Shown one piece after another: positions 8,592 through 18,100 of a stretch of 64,000 bases of DNA. Each line of letters opens with the position of its first letter. Position 1 is the first letter of the stretch. The stretch is from Candidatus Latescibacterota bacterium (GTDB lineage: Bacteria > Latescibacterota > UBA2968): positions 4,160,001 to 4,224,000 of the forward strand of contig OZ242010.1 of assembly GCA_965204745.1 (NCBI GenBank), in the 5' to 3' direction. The position numbers and the translations under genes are program-made. The notes under the pieces were generated by a model, which was not told the DNA's origin, ran no database searches, and saw only the letters and a program-made list of their open reading frames with translations.

Positions 8592-11308
8592 CAGACCGCC
8601 AGTATTGCTCTCTCCGCTGAGGGAGGCATTGGAGTAGCTAGTGGAGATGGTAAGACTCCATTATACAGGTAGCCTACCAATCCGCCGCTGGAAGTGCCGG
8701 TGGCGCTGACCTTGCCTGTGGTGTAACAGGCGACGACTTCGCCGCGCATGGTGCCTACCAGAATGCCGACCCATTTCCACGCCGCAACGTCGCCATCGAT
8801 TACGCCCAAGGATTCGATGCGGGAGGTGTTGGAGATTGCGCCGAACAGCCCGACGTCGGTGACGCCGCTACGGCTGATGAGCAGGTTGCTGATGGTAAAG
8901 CCGTTGCCCTTGAAATCGGCTGTGTAATTGTTGCCGGAGTCGTCGCCGATTGGCTCCCAGCCTTGGCCGCTGTTCCAGTAGGTGGCGTCTGCTGAGGTGA
9001 TTGCGCCATCGTTGTTCTCGTCAAAGTCCAAGTTGGCGAGCAGTTCGTAGCCGGTGCATCCCGAGAGGCAGCCCATGCGGGCACTGCTGCTGGTGTCGCG
9101 GCCGGGAAAGGCAGCGTCATAATCGGCGTGGGTAGCGTCGCCATTGCCGTTTAGGTCGTGGCGAATGGCGTTGAGTTGCGCCAGCGTGGTGATAGCGATG
9201 AGGCCATCGCCATCGGTATCGTAATTGGTGAGGCCTGTAGCACCTATGACCTCGACCGAGGATCCATCGCGGGCACCGGTCTTGGTGGCAAGGACACGCA
9301 CTGTGTAGGTCGTCCCCGTCGTCAAGGGAATCTTGTAGCGCGTAGCCGTGGTGGTGGCTTGACGCGCGGCGTCGTAGCTTTGCATGCCGGATTTCCACTG
9401 CACGGTGTATCCCGTCGCACGACTCGCCGCACGCCAGCCCACGTACAAAGTGTCCGCATTGGACGTCACTGCCACACGCGTCGGTATGCCCGGTTGCAAC
9501 GCAAGTTGCGCGGTGGTGTCCAGGCCGGCATACTTCAACACGGGGTACTGATTCGTCGCGCCAAAGTACCACGGATCGTCGTTGCCCGTTTGCCCGTCCA
9601 GATTTTGGTTCCAGTTGGCGTAGATGCTGCCGGTATAGCCGGTGGGGCTTTGGAGTGCGCTGGTGGTTTGAGCTCCCGTGGTGCTGCTGCTGGTGCCAGC
9701 GGTGGTGCTCTGCCCGGAGGTTTGGGTGTCCCAGTAGCTGTTGGTCATCGGGTTGGCTGAACCCGTCTGTTGTCCCGCCAAGCCGCCGGTGGCTGTGGTG
9801 CCGGTGCTGGTGTTGGAAACAGCGCCGATAGCATAGACGGCGCTTATCGAGTTGGCGTTAGTGACCTGCACTTGACCTATCAGGCCGCCCGCTTTGACGC
9901 CGGAGCCGGTGCCGGAAACGTTCCCTGTTGCGTAGCTGGAGCGCAGGTATTCGCCACTACCGAGATCCATCGATCCGATCAGGCCGCCCATTCTGAGGCT
10001 TTGGAGGTTGGTGGAACCGTCACCGGTGCCGTTGCCGGAAACGTTCCCGGTCGCGTAGTTGGCGTAGCTGGGACCCTGCATAAAACCTATCAGGCCGCCC
10101 ACTTGGCCGTTGCCGGTGCCGGTGACATTCCCGGTCGCGTAGCTGACGCTGACCCGGCCAGAGACCTGACCGATCAGGCCACCGACGAGGCCGGCACCGG
10201 AGCCGGTTTGGGTGACCGTTCCAGTGGCGTAGGTGGAGTCGACGCTACCGTCGGTTCCACCGATCAGGCCGCCTAAGAAAATCGTGTTGTCGCTCGCTCC
10301 GGTCACATTGCAGGTGGCGTGGCTATCGCTGACGGGCGCAGAGGCGTAGCCCAACAGACAGCCGAGATAGCCGATATTGCCACTGCTGGTGGTGTGGGTT
10401 ACGGAGCCGCCGGCGACGTAGCTCCCGCGCACCGCGCCGCCGCTGAGGCGACCCGCCAGAGCACCGGTTCGACCATAGTTTAAACCGGAGGTGGGAATGA
10501 AAGTGCGAGTGTTGGTGATATTCACGTCCAACAAGCCCACATCTCTAATCGTGCCGCTGACATCGCCGAACAGACCGACGAAACCGCCGCCGGTGGCAGT
10601 GCTGGTGTTGGAATTGATAAACAAGTTGGAAATGGTGTTGTCATTGCCGTCAAAGGTGGCGGTGAAGACGGTTGCAGCACCGGTGGCCGCAACACCGATG
10701 GGCGTCCAGCCGGCGCCGCTGTTCCAGTAGGTGGCGTCTGCTGAGGTGATCTGGTCATCGTTGTTCTCGTCAAAGTCCAGGTTGTTCATCAACTCGTAGC
10801 CGGTGCAGTTCCCGGAAGGGCAACCCATGCGGGTGCTACTGCTGGTGGAGCGGCCGGAAAAAGCGGCGTTGTAGGCAGTCGTATCGGCGGTCGAGGCACT
10901 TGCGTCTATGGCACCATCGCCGTTGAGGTCCCAGCGAATGGCATTCAGTTGCGCCAAGGTGGTGATGTCAATCAGGTTGTCGTTGTCCGTATCGTAGTCG
11001 GTTTGGGCAAAAGCCGGCCCTGATGCCACCAGCATGCCCAACGCGACCAGGGCCAAAAAATGAGCGGATCGGGAGGTCATTTTGTCGCTCCTCCCGAGGG
11101 GGGGGGGGGGGGGGGGGGGGTACACTGTACTGATCATCCTAACAGATTGTTTTGCAATAAAATAGAACCACACGCCAAGATGAGAATGGGCGACATGAAC
11201 CCCTCTTTTTTTTGGAGAACGGTGGCCTCCAAACAGGTTTGAACAACGTTGAAAAATGGCGGTCAACATACAAAACCTCCTAAAAAATATAACGAGTTGT
11301 GCAGGCAT
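8564..11308 (-). CDS. adhesin A, N-terminal part (signal peptide, GLUG-like beta-solenoid, FN3 domain)
   Basis: Signal peptide ...LALVALGMLVASGPAFAQ (alternative start 11080 with GGAGG RBS), repeated SYATGNV/VGGLIG units, FN3-like YTVQW...YTVRV. Confidence 0.85.
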   Translation of the reverse strand: MPAQLVIFFRRFCMLTAIFQRCSNLFGGHRSPKKRGVHVAHSHLGVWFYFIAKQSVRMISTVYPPPPPPPLGRSDKMTSRSAHFLALVALGMLVASGPAFAQTDYDTDNDNLIDITTLAQLNAIRWDLNGDGAIDASASTADTTAYNAAFSGRSTSSSTRMGCPSGNCTGYELMNNLDFDENNDDQITSADATYWNSGAGWTPIGVAATGAATVFTATFDGNDNTISNLFINSNTSTATGGGFVGLFGDVSGTIRDVGLLDVNITNTRTFIPTSGLNYGRTGALAGRLSGGAVRGSYVAGGSVTHTTSSGNIGYLGCLLGYASAPVSDSHATCNVTGASDNTIFLGGLIGGTDGSVDSTYATGTVTQTGSGAGLVGGLIGQVSGRVSVSYATGNVTGTGNGQVGGLIGFMQGPSYANYATGNVSGNGTGDGSTNLQSLRMGGLIGSMDLGSGEYLRSSYATGNVSGTGSGVKAGGLIGQVQVTNANSISAVYAIGAVSNTSTGTTATGGLAGQQTGSANPMTNSYWDTQTSGQSTTAGTSSSTTGAQTTSALQSPTGYTGSIYANWNQNLDGQTGNDDPWYFGATNQYPVLKYAGLDTTAQLALQPGIPTRVAVTSNADTLYVGWRAASRATGYTVQWKSGMQSYDAARQATTTATRYKIPLTTGTTYTVRVLATKTGARDGSSVEVIGATGLTNYDTDGDGLIAITTLAQLNAIRHDLNGNGDATHADYDAAFPGRDTSSSARMGCLSGCTGYELLANLDFDENNDGAITSADATYWNSGQGWEPIGDDSGNNYTADFKGNGFTISNLLISRSGVTDVGLFGAISNTSRIESLGVIDGDVAAWKWVGILVGTMRGEVVACYTTGKVSATGTSSGGLVGYLYNGVLPSPLATPMPPSAERAILAVWWELGLAVL
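11098..11120. repeat. G23 homopolymer tract
   Basis: 23 consecutive G (poly-C on the coding strand); the paralogous position (~23688) has G5. Confidence 0.9.
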
Positions 11309-11386
11309 GGCTTTTGCCTGCGGGCAAAAAATAACGACGGTGGAGACAAGTTAAGGTACCACATTGTTTTTTGTCAAGGAAATTTT

Positions 11387-11779
11387 GGACCTACCCCTGG
11401 CCCCGTTACTCGCAGGAAGGAGGGAATGGCGACAGGGTGTGCGAGGGATTGTGTGTAAGGGTTTTTGGATTTTCATGGCGTGATCCATTCGCCCAAAGCC
11501 ATCAAAACAGCCCTGGATGCAAACCTTTAAGAAAGCCATGCGCTCCCCCTTTCCTTGTAGGAAAGGGGGCCGGGGGGATAGGTCTATGGCGGTAGGGCGG
11601 TGGGGGGTAATCCGCGCAATCCCCTAATCCGTTTAATCCGCGATTCAGACACGGGCAACGGGGTGGAGCGGATGGGCACGCTCATCGCTCTAAAACAAAA
11701 TGTCAACAGAACCTCGTTCATGTCTTTGGATGATGGGTTGCGGCTTGCTTCTTACTCGCTTTCTACTCTCAATTCGCAT
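11387..11779 (+). mobile_element. partial MITE / composite repeat
   Basis: GGACCTACCCC...GGGATAGGTC core, nonamer TAATCCGCG block, and right end CTACTCTCAATTCGCAT. Confidence 0.7.
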
Positions 11780-11807
11780 TGTCAGTAGTCAGTAGTCAGT
11801 AGTCAGT

Positions 11808-12991
11808 GGCGTTGTTGCATAAATGTTGTCGTGGCAAAGTTCGTCCCTTTCCCGCGAGATTTAAGCCCCTCTTTCTCTGGGATAGGACACGGGTTTCGCG
11901 ATCCTCATCATGCGATTGAGCACCGCACATCCCAACCGCGCTTCCGTTTCTTGGTTCTCCTGATTTCGCGCACGCAACTGCCGCCCAATGCGTTGTTTGT
12001 AGCGGCATAGTTGGGTTTCAACGACCGAGCGACGATGATAGCCACGGGTGCGTTTCCACTGTCGGCGGCCTTGACGCCGGATGGCTCGGATGATTTCATC
12101 GCGGGCGAGGCGGGGCGCCTTCCTGTTTCCGTGTTGTTCAATTTTCGCGTCATGGCGCGGGGGAATCAGAGGTCGGATGGGGGCTCTTTGTTTGGGGGAA
12201 GCCAAGAGGTTGAAGACCTTGCGTTTGTCATAGCCGCCATCTGCGCCCATCATATCACAGGGGCCAGGACTTGATCGAGCAAGGGTTTGACCTGCGAAGC
12301 GTCATCAACGCTTGCCGAAGTCAGGGTCTGTGCGACAAGCTCGCCGGTGGCCTCATCGACGCCGATGTGCAATTTGCGCCAAGTCCGGCGCTTGCAAAAG
12401 CCGTGTTGACGCACCTTCCATTCCCCTTCGCCATACCCTTTCAGGCCGGTAGAATCCACCACGAAGTGGATCGGCGCATGATGGGATTGGACAGGTAAAT
12501 CCACATTCAAATCGCCCTGTCGCCGGCAGAGGGTCGTATGATCGGGCACACGCAAAGCCACCCCCATCAATGCCAGGATGGACTTGAGAAACCCCTCGGT
12601 TTGACGCAGGGGCAAGGCATAGACCAAGCGCACCATCAATGCCGTTTGAATAGCCAAATCTGAAAAGGTGTTTTGCCGCCCCCGTTGCGTTGGCCCTTGA
12701 TGGTACCACCCCCGAAGGGCTTGCGGCGTGATCCAAAACGTCAGACTGCCCCGCTGCTTGAGACCGGCCTCGTAGGCCGCCCAGTTCCGGATCCGATAGA
12801 CAGGCGCACAGCGCGGGCGACGCGGGCGACGCGGGGACTTGACGGCGGGTTTGGAAGCGGTTATCTTGGGCATGACAGGTTCCTGGTGAGAAAGGGTGAG
12901 TTGTTTTGGTGATCTATATGCCCAATCTACGAAGGAGCCTGTCTTTTTGCAATCCCAACTTGCAGGAAATTGCTATTTATGCAACAACGCC
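11808..12991 (-). mobile_element. IS5 family (IS903 group) insertion sequence
   Basis: 17-bp TIR GGCGTTGTTGCATAAAT / ATTTATGCAACAACGCC; 9-bp flanks GTAGTCAGT and GTTGTCAGT. Confidence 0.92.
11861..12873 (-). pseudogene. IS903-type DDE transposase, frameshifted near 12253
   Basis: YRIRNWAAYEAGLKQRGSLTFW, DSTGLKxYGEGEW, WRKLHIGVD and ADGGYD, YHRRSVVET are split across two frames. Confidence 0.88.
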
Positions 12992-13146
12992 GTTGTCAGT
13001 TGTCAGTTGTCAGTTGTCAGTTGTCAGTTGTCAGTTGACTAATTCTAACGAACATAGCGGTGGGGAGCGAGCGGGGACTGACCACTGACTACTTGGGTGG
13101 TAGGGTCAGGTGGGGGCTGACCACTGACTACTGTCAGTTGTCAGTC
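12992..13146. repeat. (GTCAGTT)n heptamer array plus ~118-bp dispersed element C
   Basis: About 6 heptamers, followed by a near reverse complement of 48042-48159 / 48599-48716. Confidence 0.85.
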
Positions 13147-13289
13147 CACCCCGCTCCATCAGGCCCCCGTGCTTGTCCTCTTATCCGGCAATGGAAACTG
13201 ACTGCTCCTTCTCCTTGACTTCCCGCATCCAAATCCCTACCATGCTGACCGCGATGCCAGTGCCGAATCCTCGAGTCTCGTCTTTTGCT

Positions 13290-14018
13290 ATGACTACCGT
13301 TCTGCGTCTCAACATCTGGAGCGGCCCTCGAAACGTCTCGACCGCGCTCATGTATGCCTTCGCGCAACGGGCTGACACCTGCGTCATCGACGAACCCCTC
13401 TACGGTCACTACTTGCGCGTGTCTGGTGCCAAACACCCGGGCGCACGCGAAGTCATGGCGCACATGGACTGCGACGGGGAAAACGTCATTCGCAACATCG
13501 TACTCGGCCCATCACCTCGTCCGGTGCTCTTCATGAAACAGATGGCCCATCACCTCGTCGAAATTGACCGCGACTTCTTCAACCACACGCACAACATCCT
13601 GCTCACGCGCGACCCCATCGACATGTTGCCCTCACTCGCCAACCAACTCGCCACGCCCACCTTGCGCGACACCGGCTACAAAATGCAGGCCGAACTCTTG
13701 CAAACCTTTCGCGCCATCGGTCAAAATTACCCGGTCCTCGACGCCCGCGAACTACTCAAAAATCCGCAACGCGTACTCGCAAAACTCTGCGATGCCCTGA
13801 ACCTGCCCTTTGACCCGGCCATGCTCACATGGCAGGCAGGCCCTCGGCCCGAAGACGGTATTTGGGCAAAACACTGGTATCACAATGTCCACAAATCCAC
13901 GCGCTTTCAGCCCTATCGCCCCAAACCCGACCCCTTCCCCGAGCACCTGCGCCCGCTCCTCAATATCTGCCAACCCCATTACGACCAACTCTACGCCCAT
14001 GCCATCAAAGCGGAATAA
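13290..14018 (+). CDS. sulfotransferase-like P-loop protein (BCAT-associated family)
   Basis: WSGPRNVSTALMYAFAQR, DEPLYGHYL, FMKQMAHH, DGIWAKHWY. Confidence 0.85.
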   Translation: MTTVLRLNIWSGPRNVSTALMYAFAQRADTCVIDEPLYGHYLRVSGAKHPGAREVMAHMDCDGENVIRNIVLGPSPRPVLFMKQMAHHLVEIDRDFFNHTHNILLTRDPIDMLPSLANQLATPTLRDTGYKMQAELLQTFRAIGQNYPVLDARELLKNPQRVLAKLCDALNLPFDPAMLTWQAGPRPEDGIWAKHWYHNVHKSTRFQPYRPKPDPFPEHLRPLLNICQPHYDQLYAHAIKAE

Positions 14019-14025
14019 TCGTCTC

Positions 14026-14934
14026 ATGTCCCTCCAACTGCCCGACCCGCGCAACGAAAACATCCTCATCCATGTCGGCGGTGAATTGTTGCCGCGGGAA
14101 GACGCCAAAATATCGGTCTTTGACAGCGCGGTTCAAGGCGGCGACGCGGTTTGGGAAGGCTTGCGCGTGTACGAGGGCAAAATTTTTCAACTCGACGCGC
14201 ACCTCGACCGGCTCTGCGATTCGGCCAAAGCCATGGCATTTTCGGACATCCCCTCCCGCGCCGCGATCAAAACCGCGATCTTTGACACCCTCAAAGCCAA
14301 TGCCATGCGCGATCAAGTGCATATTCGGCTCACCCTCACCCGGGGCAAAAAAACCACATCCGGCATGAGTCCGCACTTTAACCAATCCGGTTCTTGCCTC
14401 ATCGTGCTCGCAGAATGGAAACCGCCGGTTTATGCCGCTGAGGGCATCCGCCTGATCACGGCCTCTGTGCGCCGCAATCCGCCGATGTGCATCGATTCCA
14501 AAATCCACCACAACAATTTGATCAACAACATCCTCGCCAAAATCGAGGCCAATGTCGCGGGCGTTGACGACGCGATCATGCTCGACATTTTTGGGTATGT
14601 TTCCGAAACCAATGCCACCAACATCTTCATCGCCAAAAACAACGCGCTGATAACCCCCCATGCGGATTCCTGCTTGCCCGGCATCACGCGCCGCGTCACA
14701 ATCGACATCGCACGCGCCGCGGGCATCGACGTCACCGAGCGCAATGTGTCCCTCTCCGAGGTCCATACAGCCGACGAGGGCTTCACCACAGGCACGATGG
14801 GAGAACTCTCGCCCATCCTCAAAGTTGACGGGCGCCCCATCGGCACTGGCAAACCGGGCCCCATCACCAACCACCTCCGCCAACAATACGCCGAACACAC
14901 CGCCACCCAAGGCGACCCCATCCCGTTTTTTTGA
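14026..14934 (+). CDS. aminotransferase class IV (branched-chain/D-amino-acid type)
   Basis: SVFDSAVQGGDAVWEG, SETNATNIF, LPGITR, TGTMGEL. Confidence 0.92.
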   Translation: MSLQLPDPRNENILIHVGGELLPREDAKISVFDSAVQGGDAVWEGLRVYEGKIFQLDAHLDRLCDSAKAMAFSDIPSRAAIKTAIFDTLKANAMRDQVHIRLTLTRGKKTTSGMSPHFNQSGSCLIVLAEWKPPVYAAEGIRLITASVRRNPPMCIDSKIHHNNLINNILAKIEANVAGVDDAIMLDIFGYVSETNATNIFIAKNNALITPHADSCLPGITRRVTIDIARAAGIDVTERNVSLSEVHTADEGFTTGTMGELSPILKVDGRPIGTGKPGPITNHLRQQYAEHTATQGDPIPFF

Positions 14935-15011
14935 ACTCGCTATCGACTGATTTCTACACTTTTGGGCGACCACGCCCTAATTTTGTCGTTCCGTCCATAC
15001 AAATTATGCCC

Positions 15012-15055
15012 ATAAAAAGCCCTCCTGTTTTTCGCAGGAGGGCTTTTATTTTTTT
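15012..15055. terminator. bidirectional intrinsic terminator
   Basis: AAAAGCCCTCCTG-loop-CAGGAGGGCTTTT plus T tract between convergent genes. Confidence 0.8.
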
Positions 15056-15101
15056 ATTTCCGGCCCTTGCCTTTGGTTCTCGCTTTCGCATCTTTCGTCG
15101 T

Positions 15102-18100
15102 TCAACCTGATGAGCCAAAGTTATCGGCGAAGATGAAGAAATCGGCAGAGTCAATCTGACCATCGCCATTGAGATCGCACCGGGCGTCGTATCGCTCCTG
15201 ACCGAGCCGCGAGCCGAACTTGCTGGCAAAGATCAAGAAGTCGGCGAAATTCACATTGCCATCGCCATCGAGATCGGGCGAGGGGAGCGAGACTTCGAGC
15301 GTGAAGGGCAACGAGGCCACATCGCCATCGACGTCCAACGCGCTCAAGGTGTAGGTCGCCTGGGCCTTCGCCTCACTCGGCAGACCGGAAAGGGTGCGCG
15401 TGGTCAGGTCAAAATTCAGACCATCAGGGAGGAACGGTAGCAGGATATAGACCAACATACCATCGCCACTGCTCGCTTGCGGGAGCATGAGGGACGCGAT
15501 CTCTTGGTTGACGAGATAGCTTTGTGCGGCGATAGTCGTATCGCCAAAGGTGGGCATCAGATCCGGGACTGCAAGGGTGAACGTGAAATGCGCCTCATCG
15601 CCATTGCCATCTGTGGCGGTCAGCGTGTAGGTCGTCTCGTCCATCGCCTTGATCGGTGTGCCAGACACGATGAGCGTTTCGGCATCAAAGGTCAAGCCAT
15701 CGGGCAACGCGGGGGACAATGCGTAGGTCAGCGGTTCATCGCCACCGGTCGCTTGCGGCAGCGTCAAGGACGCGATCTCTCGATGTTGCATATAGACCTG
15801 TGCGGCGACGGTCGTATCGCCGAAGGTCGGTATCGGATCGGTCGTCACAGAGAGGGTGAACATCAGGGTGGCCTCGTCGCCATCGCTGTCTGTGGCGGTC
15901 AGGGTATAGGTCGTTTCGGCTATCGCCTCGAGCGGTGTGCCAGACAACACTCGGGTCTCGGCATCGAAGTTCAAGCCCTCGGGCAGAACCGGGGTCAGTG
16001 CGTAGGTCAGCGGGGCATCGCCACCGGTCACTTGCGGAAGCGTCAAGGACATGATCTCTTGCTTCCGCGTATAGGCTTGGGCGGTCACACTCGCATCGCC
16101 AAAGGAGGGCGCCACGTTCGCAACGACGGTGAGGAAGAAACTCAGGGTGTTCTCATCGCCATCTTCATCTGTGGCGGTCAGGGTGTAGATCGCTTTTTCT
16201 ATCGCCGTGGTCGGCGTGCCAGATAGCTCCCGCGTCTCGGCGTCAAAGGTCAACCCCTCGGGCAGACCCGTCAGGCTGTAGGTTAGGTCCCCATTGCCAT
16301 CTATTGCCACGGGCAAGGTCAGCGGTTCAATGGCCTTGTCTTGCCGATAGCTTTGCGGATCAACCGCCTCGGTGAAGGTCGGCTCCGTATCCGGATCCGG
16401 CTCTGGCTCTGGATCCGTCGGATCTGTGGGCGCCTGGTCGTCGTTGGTGATCGTCCCGGTGCCGGTCGTCACAGCCAAGGCCGCGTTGACCGCGTTGCTC
16501 AGCGTCACAACCACGGTCTCATCCGGTTCTACCGCCGCATCGCCGATGACCGAGATGTCGATGGTCTTGCTGGTTTCGCCAACCGCGAAGGTCAGGGTCC
16601 CTGCGGCGAGCGCGTCGTAGTCCGTCCCCGAAGTCGCGGTGCCCGTGCCCGCGTCTGCATACGCCACCGTCACTTGTGACCCACTCGCAGAACTCAGCGA
16701 AACCGTGAAGCGGAGGGTGGGGGTCGTCCCTGCCGCGCCCTCGGCCACGCTGGGCGAATCGATGCTTAGCATGACCGCGTCATCGTCGATGATCGTACCG
16801 GTGCCGGTGAGGGTCGCGGCACTGCCGTAGAAGATGGCGCCGTTCGGGTTGCTCAGGCGCACGGCCACGGTCTCATTGGGTTCATCCATTGAATCGTCGA
16901 GCACGGAAACGTCAAAGGTCTGGCTGGTCACGCCTGCCGCAAAGGTCAGGGTCCCTGCGGTAAGCGCGGTGTAATCCATCCCCGAAGTCGCACTACCCGT
17001 GCCCGCGTCTGCATACGCCACCGTCACCTCTGCCGTGTGCGCCGGGATTAGGTACACCCGAAAGGTCAGGGTCGCGCTGGTCGCGCCTTCAATCACGCTG
17101 GACGAACCGATACTCAGCGCAGGCATGCCATCGTCGTCGATAATCGTCCCGGTGCCGGTGAGGCTCGTAGCACCGCCATCAAAGGTGGCATTGACCGGGT
17201 TGCTCAAAGTCACCACCACGGTCTCGTTCGGCTCATCATCCCCGTCGTCGCTCACAGAAACAGCGATAGTCCGGCTGGTCACGCCTGCCGCAAAGGTCAG
17301 GGTTCCTGCGGTGAGCGCGGTGTAATCCGTCCCCGAAGTCGCGCTACCCGTGCCCGCGTCTGCATACGCCACCGTCACCACCTTGCCGCTTTCTGCATTC
17401 AATCTGACGGTGAACATCAGGTCATTGTCCTCAGCCACACTCGGCGAACTGATCGAGAGCATCGGCGGCGCGTCATCATCGGTGATCGTTACCGACGCCC
17501 CGGTCACGCTCCCGGTGCCTTGGCTGTTGGTCATTGCGCCCGTCACCGTCACCGTATTGTCCGCCGCGTCTATGTCGTTGTCCACGCCGGTGATCGTCAC
17601 CGCATCCGTGTTCGTCGTCGCGTCCGCCGCGATGACGATGGTGTTGTCCGAACCCACCGTATAGACGTTTGCCACCGCCGCCACTGTGATCGTCGTCGCC
17701 GCGCTCGATGGATGCGACAGGGTCGCGCTCACCATCGCCACGCCGCCGTTCTCCGAAAAGGACTGCGGCGACGCGCTCAGGGTCACGTCCGGCGGATCGT
17801 CGTCGTCTGTCAGCGTCACAGTGCCGGTCACATTGCCCACGCCTTGGGTGTTGCGCGCCACACCGGACACGGTCACGTCGCGATTAGGCTCGTCTCGGGG
17901 GTTGTCCACCGCTGTGATGACCACCGTGTCCGACGCGTTCGCCGTGCTCCCTGCCGCGATGGTTATCGTCGAATCCGAACCCACGGTATAAGCACCCGCC
18001 ACCGGGCGCACCGTGATTGTCGTGATCGCGCTCGACTTGTGAGACAGCGTCGCCGTCACCGTCGAAACCGCGCCGTTCTCTGAAATCGACGCGGGATTCG

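Noticed and set aside
12245-12265. Programmed frameshift in the IS903-like transposase
   Set aside because: No slippery A-tract, and IS903-group enzymes are single ORFs; a 1-bp loss explains it.
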